A stretch of DNA of 64,000 nt, from NCBI GenBank assembly GCA_010093745.1, contig MU005959.1:176270-240269 (forward strand), in the 5' to 3' direction. The number at the start of each line of letters is the position of its first letter. The stretch's first letter is position 1. The position numbers and the translations under genes were made by a program. The notes below the pieces were generated by a model. That model did not search any database, was not told the origin of the DNA, and worked only from the letters and a program-made list of their open reading frames with translations. Of the stretch, positions 11,661 through 24,377 are shown one piece after another. The DNA comes from Piedraia hortae CBS 480.64 (Eukaryota).

Positions 11661-13030
11661 TGCGCACAGCTGTCTACCCGGGCAATGGTCGCACTGTCAG
11701 CCAGAAGACACTTTGGGAGAATGAGAGAGAGAAAGACAGAAATACTACTTTGTCTTTGTCTTAGCTCAATCTACCTGGTCTGGAACAGGCATGGCAGACC
11801 GCGGATACCTGAATGCAGTATGAAGGTTTTTGGGGCCACAAGATAATCAATTGCGTTTGAGGCTGGTGCATCATTGGCGCCGCCAAAGGCCCGTTTGTCA
11901 ATTAACTTTGTCTTGCGTTCCGACGGTCACATTGGCGCCAAGGCAGATGTGCAGCTGTCGCTTTACGTTGCTCCTTCTAGCGGAGGACGAGGCTGAACGG
12001 CCCTTACGTGCAAACGCCAGTTGCCCTGCCTCGAATGAGTTCAGTCGCAAAGTAAAAATTGCAATTGCACCGCGAATCCCCTGGCGGATCTGTCGATCGT
12101 CGCATTAGTTCTATAATAGCAGCTTATAAGGACTACCGTCCCTCTTTGTGTGGTTCCCGGCGCGGGTAACGCCAGACCGGGTTGGTGAGGAAATCGCTCG
12201 ATTGCAATGCCGTTACAACAAGGTTTCGGGCAGCGTGTTGTACAACAACGTCAAAACTCCCTTTCATCACGTTCTCGGTTCCGACCGCTTGGGTCGGTTG
12301 GACCTCGCAGTGGTGCGACGGTGGCCCCCATGATGCGTGCGATCAGGTCATGGTTGTCCCAATAGTTGATCTCCATATAGCTGGACATGACTTCAAACAG
12401 CCGCACCTGCGCCACAGGAATGGCGTTATCCGCCGTTCTGGCGCAGGCCCCTGGCGCTGGTGTGGCGGTGGCACAGAAGTCAGTGGCGTTTGCTTTCACC
12501 ATGTGGCTAGAGTTTGTCGGGGGAAACTCGTCATGCAGGAACCCACTGATGAACTAGATTGTGGTGTAACCTCGCCACTTTGACAGGTGCACGAGCCCAG
12601 TGTCGCACTGCTAGATTGCTTGCATGTCTCCAGACGCCACGACTAGAACTAGTTACCTAATGAAGAGAGCTGTGGCCCGCCAGGATGATACGTAAGAACG
12701 CGAAACGGTCTGGCCGATCTGTAGCGCTACCCAGTCCATTAGCAGTCCTGATTTTCCCCTCCTCTGTTGGTATGCACCCTCGTTTGACTTCCAAAGAGTT
12801 TCTGCGGGGACCCAAACGGGTGGGAGACTCGGTAACGCTGCATGTACACAGTTTTCTGATCTAACCGTTCCCGGCGTTACACACTCCAGGTCCCGGTAAC
12901 CGTCTTCAAGGCACAAAGAAGTGAAAGGATGGAGCCAATCGCAAAGAACCATGTCCATCACGTTTCCATCACATCACCATTAACGCACGTGACTCTCACA
13001 TTGCCCCTCGCACGGGCCTGCCCAAGGTGA

Positions 13031-13823
<793 letters not shown>

Positions 13824-13928
13824 AGGTTATAGCAGCCAGAGAAATTTACCACCACAGCATATTGTACAGCGCGGCGTTGGGGAATCCGAAGGTTAATGTA
13901 GAATTCGAATGTACACACATAAGAGGAA

Positions 13929-14922
13929 TTACTCGACGCTCTTGCCTTCGCTGAGCGGGATTGGAGGCCCCGTGCCGCTCCTTGCCCTCCGCTCGCGCTC
14001 GCTGACACCATACGACGATGGCACCTTGATCTTTAGTCCCCTGCTCTGATGGTGGGAGTTGAAACGTAAATTCGTCGCGCGCGCCCATTCATACTGCGGA
14101 CCATCTGGGTCACCCAGCCAGTATCCAGTCGTGGGAAAGCGCAGCATCATCCTGCCCAGCGCGCCCTTCCAGCCCCTGCCGTCCTCGCAGTCTTCGCGGA
14201 ACGGGTTCCTAGCTTCGCCGCCTTGCGAAGCGAGGTAACCCCTTACCGCGCTGCGGGCATAGGCCAGGACAACAAGACAAGCATAGATCCTGCAAGTCCA
14301 CAGGATTGTCACGACGGCAATGGACGCGAGTGAGCCAGATTGCAGCAGCGCAGCGCCGCCAGGGGGCCTAATCCCCTCGTGTGTACCGACAATAACCGTC
14401 GAACCCTTCAGTCGCCCTTCCGATGCAGCCAGAATATCGACGCTGCCAACTTTATGCTCTGGGTTCGTGAAGCCATCGCCGCCCTGGGCCGCGAGGCGAT
14501 CGCCGTCATTCAGATGGCGCGCGAGCGTCAGGAACCACTGGCCACCAAAGACGCCTGTATACGCGCTGTTGATAGCTGTATCCAAGACGTATACCCAGGC
14601 CAACGCGACACACTTGAGGAGACCCTGTGCATTACCATGGTCGCGTAGCGAAGGCCAGAGGTACGCGGCTGCGCCTAGCGCGAGGAGCGAGTAGATGTAA
14701 TGCGACAGCTGCAGCGGCGTCAGGTTGTAGCCGGTGAATAGAGCAAGTATGCCGTAAAGACCAGTGACTTTGTTGATGGCGAGCACGAATAGGATGAACT
14801 CCGTCGCGGTCAAGAGCGATGTTAACCGCAAAAAAGACTGCGAGTATCTGTCAGCCAAGTGAGCGGTAGATTGTTCAAAACAAACACACCCGCGGTATTG
14901 GGACATGACTGCGCGGTGACAT
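13929..14922 (-). CDS. KEI1: IPC synthase regulatory subunit Kei1 (DUF1753); exons 14922-14890, 14837-13929
   Basis: MSPRSHVPIPR|SFLRLTSL..INKVTGLYGILALFTG..QLSHYIYS; several TM segments; ERERRARSGTGPP tail. Intron 14838-14889 (GTGTGT..GCTGAC..CAG). Confidence 0.82.
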
Positions 14923-15261
14923 GTTCTTAACTCGTTGGTCGCGAGATGGTGGATTGTCAGACACCGAGCGCGCTGGAGGTGCAGGACGAGTGGAAGTGAG
15001 ACCCGTTCTGGGGGTAATTTGCTATTTATAGACCATCTGTCACTTGTTTCAGATTTTCGCTAAGCGGTGTGGTGGTTGGACGGGCATCTTTCGAGTTTTC
15101 GATCATGGACTGTATACCAGGGGTCACAGAGCGGTGCGGTAGGTTCGAGAGAACAGACCTGTACAGGAATAGCACTTCATCTAATGAACCTTGGAAAAGT
15201 AATGCACTAGCGTACAAAGAAGATGAATAGTCAATTCAACGAGGCGGGATTAGGTACTAAT

Positions 15262-16938
15262 CTAGCTAGGAAGAAACTTCTTCTCCCCCCTAGCACGGAT
15301 AGTGTGATTGCCATTGCCCTTGCCACCGTCGGAATTAACATTGTACTGTCCACCTTGAGTGGTGAAAGCGCCCTGAGTGGTCAAGTTGGGGATACGTCCG
15401 AGGAGGAGCTCGAGCTGGCGGAAGGCCGCACCGGGAGTATACTGAGGAATCATGTGTCCGGCAAGGTCGACGGTGCACCACGTTAGTCCACGTTCCGAGT
15501 GCGTTGTGCCCATGTAACCAGCGCCGCCAACCGAAGAGACCTTGTAGCCGCCACCGTGTTGCGTCGCATCGATGAGGCTGGCCAGCTCAGGAGTGTAGGG
15601 CACAAAGAAGTTGTCCTTGGGCTCAGACTGGAAGCCCTGCTGGCCGTTCCAAGTCATATTCTGGATGGTGGCAAGCGTACCGTTGGCGAAGAGGAGGAAG
15701 TCCAGCATACCATGGCCGATGATGACATTGTTCGTCCTCTCAATGACGCCCGGGAGGGGACCAAGGCCAGAAGGAACGGATTGATCACCAGGACTGCGCA
15801 GGCCCAGAGAGTCATCGCCGCAGACCGAGTAGTCGGTTGGAGGGGCGTGGATGGCTTGCTGCACATCGGTGCGGTTGAAGAAGCCGACGGGGCCGGGAGC
15901 CAGACTGGGGAAGCCTAGGTTGTCCCAGAGGAAGGGGCAGAAGTCTGTCAAATGGTAGATGTTGAAGCACGGGTTGATCAGAGTAGCCGCCTCAATGATG
16001 TCGCTGAAGACATCGCATCCACTGTCCTTGCGCGGAGGCTCCATCTTGCCAGCAGGCGGGAAGGTGAGGGCCTTGTTCATAAAGTCCAGATAGCCGCACT
16101 TCTCCGCCTTATCAGTGATATCGTTGAGGAAGGTTTCGTTGACTTTGATGACTTCCTGGAACTTGTGGAGAGCGGGCACAGCAGGGGCGTTGATCAAGAC
16201 GCTGTCATCGTTGACGCTGGGATCGTTGATCTGAATGCCCTTGACATTGAAGTACTGAGTGTCGTTCTTCTCCAGCATGTAGTGAGCGATGTAGGGAATG
16301 TATTGACCCGCGTACGACTCGCCCGTGATGTAAACCTTGCGGCCGTGAAGGTCAAAGGTATCGAAGAAGTTTTTCCAGAAGCCCATGAAGTTGTCGGCGA
16401 CATCCTTCTCGCTCTTGATGTTTGCCGGAGCGCCGGGGGCAGCCGTACTGAAGCCGGTTCCGACAGGCTGATCAATGTAAATCATGTTGGTGAGGTTCGT
16501 CCAGCTGTAGGGGTTAGAAACCGGGGCATAGGTGCCACTCTGCCACAGAAACGGTCCATTTTCTTGTAGCAAGCCATCCATGGACGAGCATCCCGGGCCG
16601 CCATTGAGCCAAATTGTAATTTCGTCCTTGGCTGCCGGGTTCTGGGAGGGGAAGAACCAGAAGAAGAGCTTGTTCTGGTTGTCGGGGTTCTCGTCAATGG
16701 AGAGTGTTCCGGCATAAGACTCGCCAATATCGAAGTCAACCAAAGGAACGCCGGTACCGTTGACGGCAAACTTGTCCGATTTGGCGTTCAGATGGAGGTA
16801 TTCGTACTGCTTGGGCTCGGCGGGACCACGATGAACGGTCGAGACGCGCTGTTGTTTGGCAGGAGCCAGGCGATGAGGGCTCTGCAGGCCAGCTGCACCA
16901 CATGCCAAAAGGGCGACAAGGAGGGAGACGGAGTGCAT
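15262..16938 (-). CDS. Secreted serine carboxypeptidase, family S10
   Basis: Signal peptide; [25 protein letters not shown] nucleophile, AGHMIPQY. Confidence 0.95.
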   Translation of the reverse strand: MHSVSLLVALLACGAAGLQSPHRLAPAKQQRVSTVHRGPAEPKQYEYLHLNAKSDKFAVNGTGVPLVDFDIGESYAGTLSIDENPDNQNKLFFWFFPSQNPAAKDEITIWLNGGPGCSSMDGLLQENGPFLWQSGTYAPVSNPYSWTNLTNMIYIDQPVGTGFSTAAPGAPANIKSEKDVADNFMGFWKNFFDTFDLHGRKVYITGESYAGQYIPYIAHYMLEKNDTQYFNVKGIQINDPSVNDDSVLINAPAVPALHKFQEVIKVNETFLNDITDKAEKCGYLDFMNKALTFPPAGKMEPPRKDSGCDVFSDIIEAATLINPCFNIYHLTDFCPFLWDNLGFPSLAPGPVGFFNRTDVQQAIHAPPTDYSVCGDDSLGLRSPGDQSVPSGLGPLPGVIERTNNVIIGHGMLDFLLFANGTLATIQNMTWNGQQGFQSEPKDNFFVPYTPELASLIDATQHGGGYKVSSVGGAGYMGTTHSERGLTWCTVDLAGHMIPQYTPGAAFRQLELLLGRIPNLTTQGAFTTQGGQYNVNSDGGKGNGNHTIRARGEKKFLPS

Positions 16939-17808
16939 GGTTTGGGGGGGAAACGAGTGACTGGGGTGGGTGAGGCGATGGAAGATAGGCTACTTATATT
17001 GAGTTGTAATACAACCCGTGGCTTCGAGCAAGGCCATGGCAGAGCTCGGCGCGTGGACCGCGCAGGGACCTAACGTGTTTCATGGCGTTGATGGCAAGTC
17101 CACGAGTCTCACCCTGGCTCGGCTGCAGCCGTTGGAACTATCGCGATTGATGCCCTCAAGGGCCGTATCAAGAGCGATAGCGCCCACTGCTGAGCGCTGA
17201 AGACGCCTGTCATCTCCCCGCCTTAAGTCGATCTGCCGCGGAGGTGGAACGCGGAGAAAAAGGGACCACCTTCTTATTGCGGTTAAGCCGGGGCCGAAAC
17301 TTTTTCTCTTTCAATTTTGCATACAATTCAGGGGCTGATGGAGTGAACATAACATCTGCGTTCGTGTCGTTGACAGTTGCTAACCGCAGTCCTCAGCACC
17401 GCTTCAACACACCCTGCTTGGTGGTGCCATGTGCCGTCATTAAGAACTTAGATTTGATAACAAAACCTTCCAATATTCGGAGATTTGATGAACGGCAGCC
17501 GCATGTGTCAATGACTCGTCTGATATGCGACTCCCTGCGGCATTTGCTTACATGATGCGATTCGTGAGCGCGGCAATTCCATTGATGTTGCAGTCAATAT
17601 TCAGCCTATCAGAAATATTCAAAGATGATGGCGTTCATTCTCGGACCGCTACCTGTCTGGACGTTTGGGTTAAATTGTTCGTCGACCTCGGCATCGATTC
17701 AAGCTACAGAGGACGTTCTGTCATTGACAGGCTGCCAGTCAGCCTCTCAGTACTGACAACGGGAGGAAGGTGAAGCTGCTGTCTTCGCTCATGTTCAGCC
17801 GTCTAGGT

Positions 17809-17819
17809 TTAGGGTTAGG
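17809..17819 (+). promoter_or_regulatory. Telomere-like TTAGGGTTAGG element upstream of ELP4
   Basis: Seen directly ~105 bp before the ELP4 ATG; function inferred only. Confidence 0.35.
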
Positions 17820-17924
17820 CGTGCACACTGCAGTATTCAACAAGATAGACAACAATATTACCAAACTCTTGAATTTTGTTGCAAAACGTATATTGCTCCG
17901 GCTAACACAAGTTTCCCCAGTTTC

Positions 17925-19019
17925 ATGGCATTTCGCAAACGCAATATAGCAATCGGGCGGACATCAGAAGCCCCAACTCCAACCCCATCAGTCACCAATC
18001 TCCAAATTCTAGGCTCACGTCCCTCACCAGTAACATCCCATCTGGTAACTTCAACCGGCACACCATCAGTGGACGAGATTCTTGGCGGGCACACAGGCTT
18101 GGCACTTGGATCATCTTTATTAATCGAAGAAAGCGGGACGACCGACTATTCCGGGGCGCTCACCAAATACTTCGGCGCCGAAGGCATCGTCCAAGGCCAT
18201 GTACTCCACGTCGTCGGCGTAGGCGAAGGATGGGTACAAATGCTCCCCGGGCTTTCCGAACACAACCCTCAACCCCCCACAACAAGAACATCCGAAGACA
18301 GAATGAAAATCGCCTGGCGATACGAGAAGCTCGAAAGTAAGCCACCTCTCTCTCTCCCTCCTAACCCTCCTAACCTACCCAAAACAGCCACAGAACGAAA
18401 ACCCAAGCCCTCGTTCTCACACACCTTCGACCTCACAAAACGCATAACTCTCCCTCCCTCCTCCAAAATCAACCACATCCCCATCTCACCCACCGGCAAC
18501 CCATTCAGCAGCATCCTCCCCTCCCTCGAAGAGAGCCTCCGCACAAACCCCAACACAATCCACAGACTCGTGATCCCCTCCCTCCTCAGCCCCGGCACCT
18601 GGCCATGCCAATCAAGCGAACCCACGAATCTCTTACAATTCCTCCACACCCTCCGCCAACTCCTCAAACGCCAACCCCAGCGTATCGTAGCAATGATGAC
18701 ACTTCCGCTGGAGCTCTACCCCCGTTCATCTGGCCTTGTGCGTTGGGCTGAAATTCTAAGTGACGGTGTGCTGGAACTTACGCCGTTCCCGCGCCCGGTT
18801 GTGCATGCGAGGACGAAGGATGATGAGCTGCAGGGTATGATCAAGGTGCTTAAGTTGCCGATTATTACGGAGAGGGGTGAGGGAGGCGCGGGGCCGGGGA
18901 ACAGTATTGGTGATGATCTTGCGTTTACGGTTTCGAGGAGGAGGTTTGTTATTAAGCCGTTTTCGTTGCCGCCTTTGGAAGGGGAGGGGGAGGAGGGCAA
19001 GAAGGATTTGGAGTTTTGA
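17925..19019 (+). CDS. ELP4: Elongator subunit 4 (PAXNEB)
   Basis: MAFRKRN, RPSP..TSTGTPSVDEILGGHTGLALGSSLLIEESGTTDYSGAL, MKIAWRYE, FSHTFDLTKR, LAFTVSRRRFVIKPFSLPP, terminal LEF. Confidence 0.93.
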   Translation: MAFRKRNIAIGRTSEAPTPTPSVTNLQILGSRPSPVTSHLVTSTGTPSVDEILGGHTGLALGSSLLIEESGTTDYSGALTKYFGAEGIVQGHVLHVVGVGEGWVQMLPGLSEHNPQPPTTRTSEDRMKIAWRYEKLESKPPLSLPPNPPNLPKTATERKPKPSFSHTFDLTKRITLPPSSKINHIPISPTGNPFSSILPSLEESLRTNPNTIHRLVIPSLLSPGTWPCQSSEPTNLLQFLHTLRQLLKRQPQRIVAMMTLPLELYPRSSGLVRWAEILSDGVLELTPFPRPVVHARTKDDELQGMIKVLKLPIITERGEGGAGPGNSIGDDLAFTVSRRRFVIKPFSLPPLEGEGEEGKKDLEF

Positions 19020-19199
19020 GTGTGGGTGGGGGGAGGGAGGAGGTTGACGAAGGAGCGCGCGGGAGGGGGGTTGGGTGTAGGTGGTTGCTTCTGGGCAACG
19101 TTCATGTCTTATTCAGAGGGCTACGAAACCGTCTCGTAGGCAAACCTTCGTAGATTTTTCCACCTACAGTGGGAATCTATGGTCCATTTGATTTGTAAC

Positions 19200-20100
19200 G
19201 AGTTGTTAGTCTTCTAGGCAAGCGACTGTCAGCACATGTGTGCGAGAAGACATAATGAGTGCTTGAAAGATGGCGAGTGCCGGAAAGTGAAGTAGATTAT
19301 CTATGGCGTGTGCGCGTAACCCAATCTTCCTCGCTTCTAGAGCGCTCCGCTGCTCCACTTGGCTCAACAAGCGTGCACAGTCTCTATGAAAAAGACCCTT
19401 ATCGCCATACCACATGGAACGGACAGAATGATGAGATCTCTAGGAGATGCCAGGGAATAGTCTGAACCCAGGGCCCGTTGGCACAGCTGCAAATTGTCGA
19501 AGAACAACACCAGGATTTCGAGCGGTGTATTGCCTGGGTGTTCCCTTTTAACTTGCATGTACACGATGGTCGTCCAGTCTGTGTGATAGTGATAGTGGCT
19601 GATCTCTGTGTCGAAATGGAGTTTACTGTCGCCATTGTGGATGTCTCTGAAGCTGCGAAACCCAATGATGATGAACCAGATCTTCTAATCCTGGCAGATA
19701 GAATGGCATGTCAGACCCATATAAGGGATATTATTGTTGGCTGTCCAGATGTCAGATGTTAATGAGAAATTGGTGGACATCGACAACGCCTTGGCGAAAA
19801 TCACTTTACGGCTGTCCGAATACATTCCCTGGATGCGGCGCGAAATGGTCCTTTCCCCATCCAGACGAAGTTTGGGACGATGACATGAGGGCCTAGACGC
19901 GCCATCTGGTCAACCTGCTTTTGGATATGGTTTTTCATCGAGTCGGCCAATGCCGACTCGGTCTTATGGCACGTTCTCTTACAGAGCTTGGGAAATAAGT
20001 CTGTCCTGAGTTCATAAAATAGCGAATGACCACTTGGGCGCCCATCTGATAAATCATTTGTTGTCTACCTTATCGGTGGAAGATATTGAAATTCCCGTGC
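19200..20100 (-). mobile_element. Decayed hAT-family transposase remnant
   Basis: Minus strand ~19800-19630 reads STNFSLTSDIWTANNNIPYMGLTCHSICQD*KIWFIIIGFRSFRDIHNG, the hAT first catalytic-Asp block. Boundaries approximate. Confidence 0.75.
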
Positions 20101-22441
20101 ATCAGAACCACCAGTCAATCATCTTTAGTCCAGCAATACGTTAATTTTCCTGCCGACAACCTTGCTGGTAAGCATTAGGCGAAAGCGTCAGCCCGATCTG
20201 TGACGACATTTCGGATTGACTAGGCGCTGGAAGAACAAGAGGGAGGTTCAGCCTTCAGGCTGAAGACTGCCTAATATAAGTGCCGACGAGCGACAGTAGG
20301 CGAGGGGACTGCAGGAGGAAAGCAGTCGCTTCTCTCGTACTGCCGCTGCTGCTGCTGGCTGGTGCCTCCGGTTGTATCATGCATCCACCAACGACCAGCG
20401 CCTTCCGCACCATGAAGACTACGTTATTCCATGGGCGCAAGGTTGGCGAGCGTCGCTGCAAAGGTTGCAGTGCGTTGCACAGTGTTGTGTTGACAAAATT
20501 TCAATTTGCGTGGAGTTCGTGTAAACTAAAATTTCAATGGGACAGGCCGAACCAACGGAAAACTCTGTGCCAAGAACCGCCCATGTGAAAGGACTCACAG
20601 ACTTTGCACGTGCCTTCCTCATCTGGATATCGAGATGGCACAGTACAGTGGCATGACACGGCAGACCCACTGAAAAGCCAGTACAAGATTGTGGTAAGAA
20701 GCAAATTGATATTTAGGTTATTACGGGCAGCCGCCGCTACCTACAGTACGCATAGCTATTCCATCCTTCTCAGGTCCAGCAGAGCACGATGACGCTGCTC
20801 GCCAGAACAGCGGACCCAAGGCTCGAAACAACCATAACGATCGGGTTACAACGCATTGTGCCGAGAGTTACGGCTTAAAGGAACTGAGCGAGGAGCATGA
20901 ACCATACAACGATTAGCTTTTATCGCTTCTAATCGGCTCTCAGACTTACCGAACATGAACACCCCGATGTGTTTCTGGTCCCTGGTAGTGTAGTATTTAC
21001 CTAAAGCCCTCGGTCAGCCGTGCTAGAAGCATAATATGAGAAGATACACATATGCAAGATCAGCACAAAGGCGGAAACAATACTGAGGAGGTTAATGTCA
21101 AGCGTGCTGATGATGTGCACTTTGCTGTTAACTTGGTTCATGGATGTCTCGGGCGATGAGAGAGTGCTTGTCTGCGATGGGCTGCACGTCCGCCTCTTTG
21201 GCACAAAACGTCCCCATGCACAAAACGGCAGACATGGCTGGACAGGTGAGTTGTTGTCGCCGTGGGGAGGTATGCCTGCAGGACCTACTGGCTGAAGCGA
21301 TCATTATGATTAAGCCATTGGCATGGTGTTCAGAAAAGTGTTGTCCCCGGAAGAGGGTTGGTGTTGTCGGTGGGAGGACGAGACACTGAGGAAACGCATC
21401 AAGGGCTTGCAACAAGGTAACGTAGGCCATGTCAACAATGGGAGGGCACGACCGTAACAGAACGCGTAGTGATGGGGAGAGATGGAAACTTGAAGAGGAA
21501 CAGATGATGGACGTGTGGTTTTGCCCTTCCGCAAACGAGTTTTGTGCAATGGAGATGGACTTGACGTTGTTTGACTTCATGGCTCTGAAGGATGGACCGA
21601 GAAATACAAGGTTCGAACAATGAGGGTGATATATTTATCTATCCGCTCATAGGCCGTATATGTGGATTAACTTTGAAGTGCGTTGAATTTTTCCGCCTAC
21701 TTGAACAAACATACCCAAGTCAGCAGTAATATACCCCATGACTTGGCCACTCAGGCTTGAAAGCGCCTTATATGTATGCCAAGGGACAAGTGCTACTCAG
21801 ACCTACACTTTGGACAAGTCCAATAATGCCACACCACCAAAGAAAAGAAGACCAAAACCCTCAACCGCGGGAAAGACTCGACCAAACAGGATGCAGACAC
21901 ATCTATTCCGATCATGTCCCGTGAATATAAAACCTCCTACAATTTGCTTTGGGTGATGAAAACTCAATGATCAAATGTATTGCCACAACCAAAGGAAAGC
22001 CATCATCTCATCACACCGGTGACTTCTCGATTGCAACATTACTTACAGCGCTGATGACATACTCGCTGTGTAGCTCAGCCAACCCTTGATCCACCTAACA
22101 AAACCCCACCAACGAGCATATTCCACTCCATCACCTCCCGCGAACTCGATAGTTGCACAGACCCATCGCAATTTCCCCGCGAAAAAACTTAACCATCTCC
22201 TTCACTCACATCTCCAAATTTGCCAGAAGCGGTCTTCCCATTCCTATCCGTCATATCCAAACAACCTCCCCATCGCAAAGTAAACACATCGTGTACAATG
22301 CATAAATCTCACTCAATCAAGCCCATTCACAAATCAGCCGAACGCACTCTGGCATGCAAAAGCAAGCAAAAAGCAAGTTTTCCAACTTAGGCTGCATCAC
22401 TTATCTACATATTCCACACTCCTCAACCTACGAATATGAAT

Positions 22442-22531
22442 TCCTCCGTGGCGCAATTGGCTAGCGCGTTCGGCTGTTATTGAGATACCAGTTGTACCGG
22501 AAGGTTGGTGGTTCGAGCCCACCCGGGGGAG
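22442..22531 (+). tRNA. tRNA-Asn(GTT) with 16-nt intron (22480-22495)
   Basis: TCCTCCG/CGGGGGA acceptor stem, GCGC D-stem, TTCGG-CT-GTT-A anticodon arm, GGTGG-TTCGAGC-CCACC T-arm, T5 terminator. Confidence 0.95.
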
Positions 22532-22927
22532 TCATTCTTTTTCTCCTTCAGTCGCTCCGCGGGGAAGTAGGATGAACAAATTTTTAGAGGGTGGTTAAAC
22601 GATTGATTAGTCATTGGGGAAAAAGTGTTTATTGATTCAGTTCAGGTGTGGATGATTGGGGGATTGGATGGGGAGGACAGAGTAGATGTGTGGAGGGTGG
22701 GGGCAGTTGAACTGCCAGCATCGTTAGTGGGTTTCTCAATCGAAGGTTTCTATCGGCATGTTGCGATCATATCGAGCGAAGTGAGATGTCATGCGATGGC
22801 ACGGATGCTATCCACATCACACGTCTACCACCCCAGCAACTGTCGAGCCTGCGTTGAGCACCAAAAATTTCCCAGTGCGGCCGACCTCCGAATCACGGAT
22901 CCTCCCGCCGCACCTCCCCTCACCTCC

Positions 22928-24286
22928 ATGAACAGCCTCCGTCGCGCACGCTGGAAAGCCCACCTGACCAGTACCCCCTACCGCTCCATCCCGCTCCAAA
23001 GACGAAATGCGCACCATCCCGCTCCCTCCGAGCCCCAAGACATCCCCTCCACAAAACCCCGAAACCTCACCACGACCCTCAAATCCGCCATCCACCTCAC
23101 CGGCCCCATCAGCGTAGCAGCATATATGCGCCAATGCCTCACCTCCGATTTGGGAGGCTACTACTCCTCTTCAACCCTCCCCAACGGAATCATCGGAAGC
23201 GACGGCGATTTCGTAACCTCGCCCGAATTGACCTCTGTCTTTGGGGAACTGCTAGGGATCTGGTTCGTAGCGGTTTGGATGACGCAGGCGCGTCCAAACA
23301 AAATCGACTTTGTGGAATTAGGGCCTGGGAAGGGGACACTTATCAATGATGTTCTTGGCACGGTTGCTAGGTTTCCGCTCGGGAACTCCGTGGAGAGGGC
23401 GTGGTTGGTTGAGGCTTCGCCGACTTTGAGGAGGGTGCAGGCTGAGGTGCTGACGCGCGGGATTGAGGAAATTGGGGATGGGGTTTGGGAGGGGGTTTCG
23501 AGGCAGTTGCCTAATGTGAAGGTTAGGTGGGTGGAGGATTTGAGGTTCGTGGAGAGGACGGCGGCGACCCCGTTTGTGCTCGCGCATGAGTTCTTTGATG
23601 CCCTGCCGATACATGTGTTTCAGGCGGGGAGGAGGAAGGATGATAAGGGAGGGAGGGATGCTTCGCATGAGTGGAGGGAAATGCTCGTTTCTCCGACAAG
23701 GCCGGGTTCGGGGGATGAGTTTGAGCTTACGCTCAGTAAGACGGCTACGCCGCACAGTTCTTACCTTCCGACTACGTCTGAGAGGTATACTGCCCTTCGC
23801 AATACGCCGGGGGCGACGATTGAGGTATCGCCTGAGAGTCAACGTATTGTTGGTGATCTGGCGGCTTGGATCGGTAAAGCTGGTGCGGGTGCGGCGCTCA
23901 TTGTGGACTATGGGCCCGATGACACGATACCGTGTAATTCGCTCCGAGGGATAAGGAACCACAAAATGGTTTCCCCGTTTAGAGATCCAGGGACGACGGA
24001 TATCTCTGCTGATGTGGACTTTTTGGCGCTTGCAGAGACTGCGAAGAAGGGTGGGAAGGTTAATGTGTTGGGTCCGGTGACGCAGGCGAGGTTCCTGCTA
24101 GAGATGGGACTAAGGGAACGAGTGGAACAAGTACTCAGGATGGGAGATCCGGATAGGAAGGTGGAGAAGGCATGTAAGAGACTAGTGGACCTTGGTCCGA
24201 ACGGGATGGGGAAATTGTACAAGTTCATGGCCATCATGCCGCAGAGCGAACGACAAAGTATGGTTGGCTTCGGCGGAGAATTGTAG
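22928..24286 (+). CDS. NDUFAF7: Mitochondrial protein arginine methyltransferase NDUFAF7/MidA (DUF185)
   Basis: GPISVAAYMRQCLT..GGYY, GDFVTSPELTSVFGELLG, VELGPGKGTL, AHEFFDALP, DYG, DISADVDF, MGKLYK. Start placed at MNSLRRARWK (presequence-like). Confidence 0.92.
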   Translation: MNSLRRARWKAHLTSTPYRSIPLQRRNAHHPAPSEPQDIPSTKPRNLTTTLKSAIHLTGPISVAAYMRQCLTSDLGGYYSSSTLPNGIIGSDGDFVTSPELTSVFGELLGIWFVAVWMTQARPNKIDFVELGPGKGTLINDVLGTVARFPLGNSVERAWLVEASPTLRRVQAEVLTRGIEEIGDGVWEGVSRQLPNVKVRWVEDLRFVERTAATPFVLAHEFFDALPIHVFQAGRRKDDKGGRDASHEWREMLVSPTRPGSGDEFELTLSKTATPHSSYLPTTSERYTALRNTPGATIEVSPESQRIVGDLAAWIGKAGAGAALIVDYGPDDTIPCNSLRGIRNHKMVSPFRDPGTTDISADVDFLALAETAKKGGKVNVLGPVTQARFLLEMGLRERVEQVLRMGDPDRKVEKACKRLVDLGPNGMGKLYKFMAIMPQSERQSMVGFGGEL

Positions 24287-24377
24287 ATTAACCAGCATAG
24301 GCATCTCTATCGATAAAACTAGTCTAAGCCGGAATACCATGTCCGTTCTGTACGCTATCTTACACAGACTATTCAAC

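Noticed and set aside
15499..16569. Long antisense ORFs inside the carboxypeptidase gene (similar ones in eIF3L, MCM10, UTP17)
   Set aside because: Expected shadows of codon bias and compositional skew.
17254..17308. 9-bp inverted repeat GAGAAAAAG / CTTTTTCTC
   Set aside because: Short and low-complexity; expected by chance.
21953..22054. GTGATGA...CTGA pair resembling a C/D box snoRNA
   Set aside because: No terminal stem and no rRNA-complementary guide that I can recognise.
22625..22927. N-terminal extensions from the ORF track (also at 31836, 35797, 43947, 44143, 50176)
   Set aside because: They use GTG/TTG starts or overlap a tRNA; downstream ATGs match family N-termini better.
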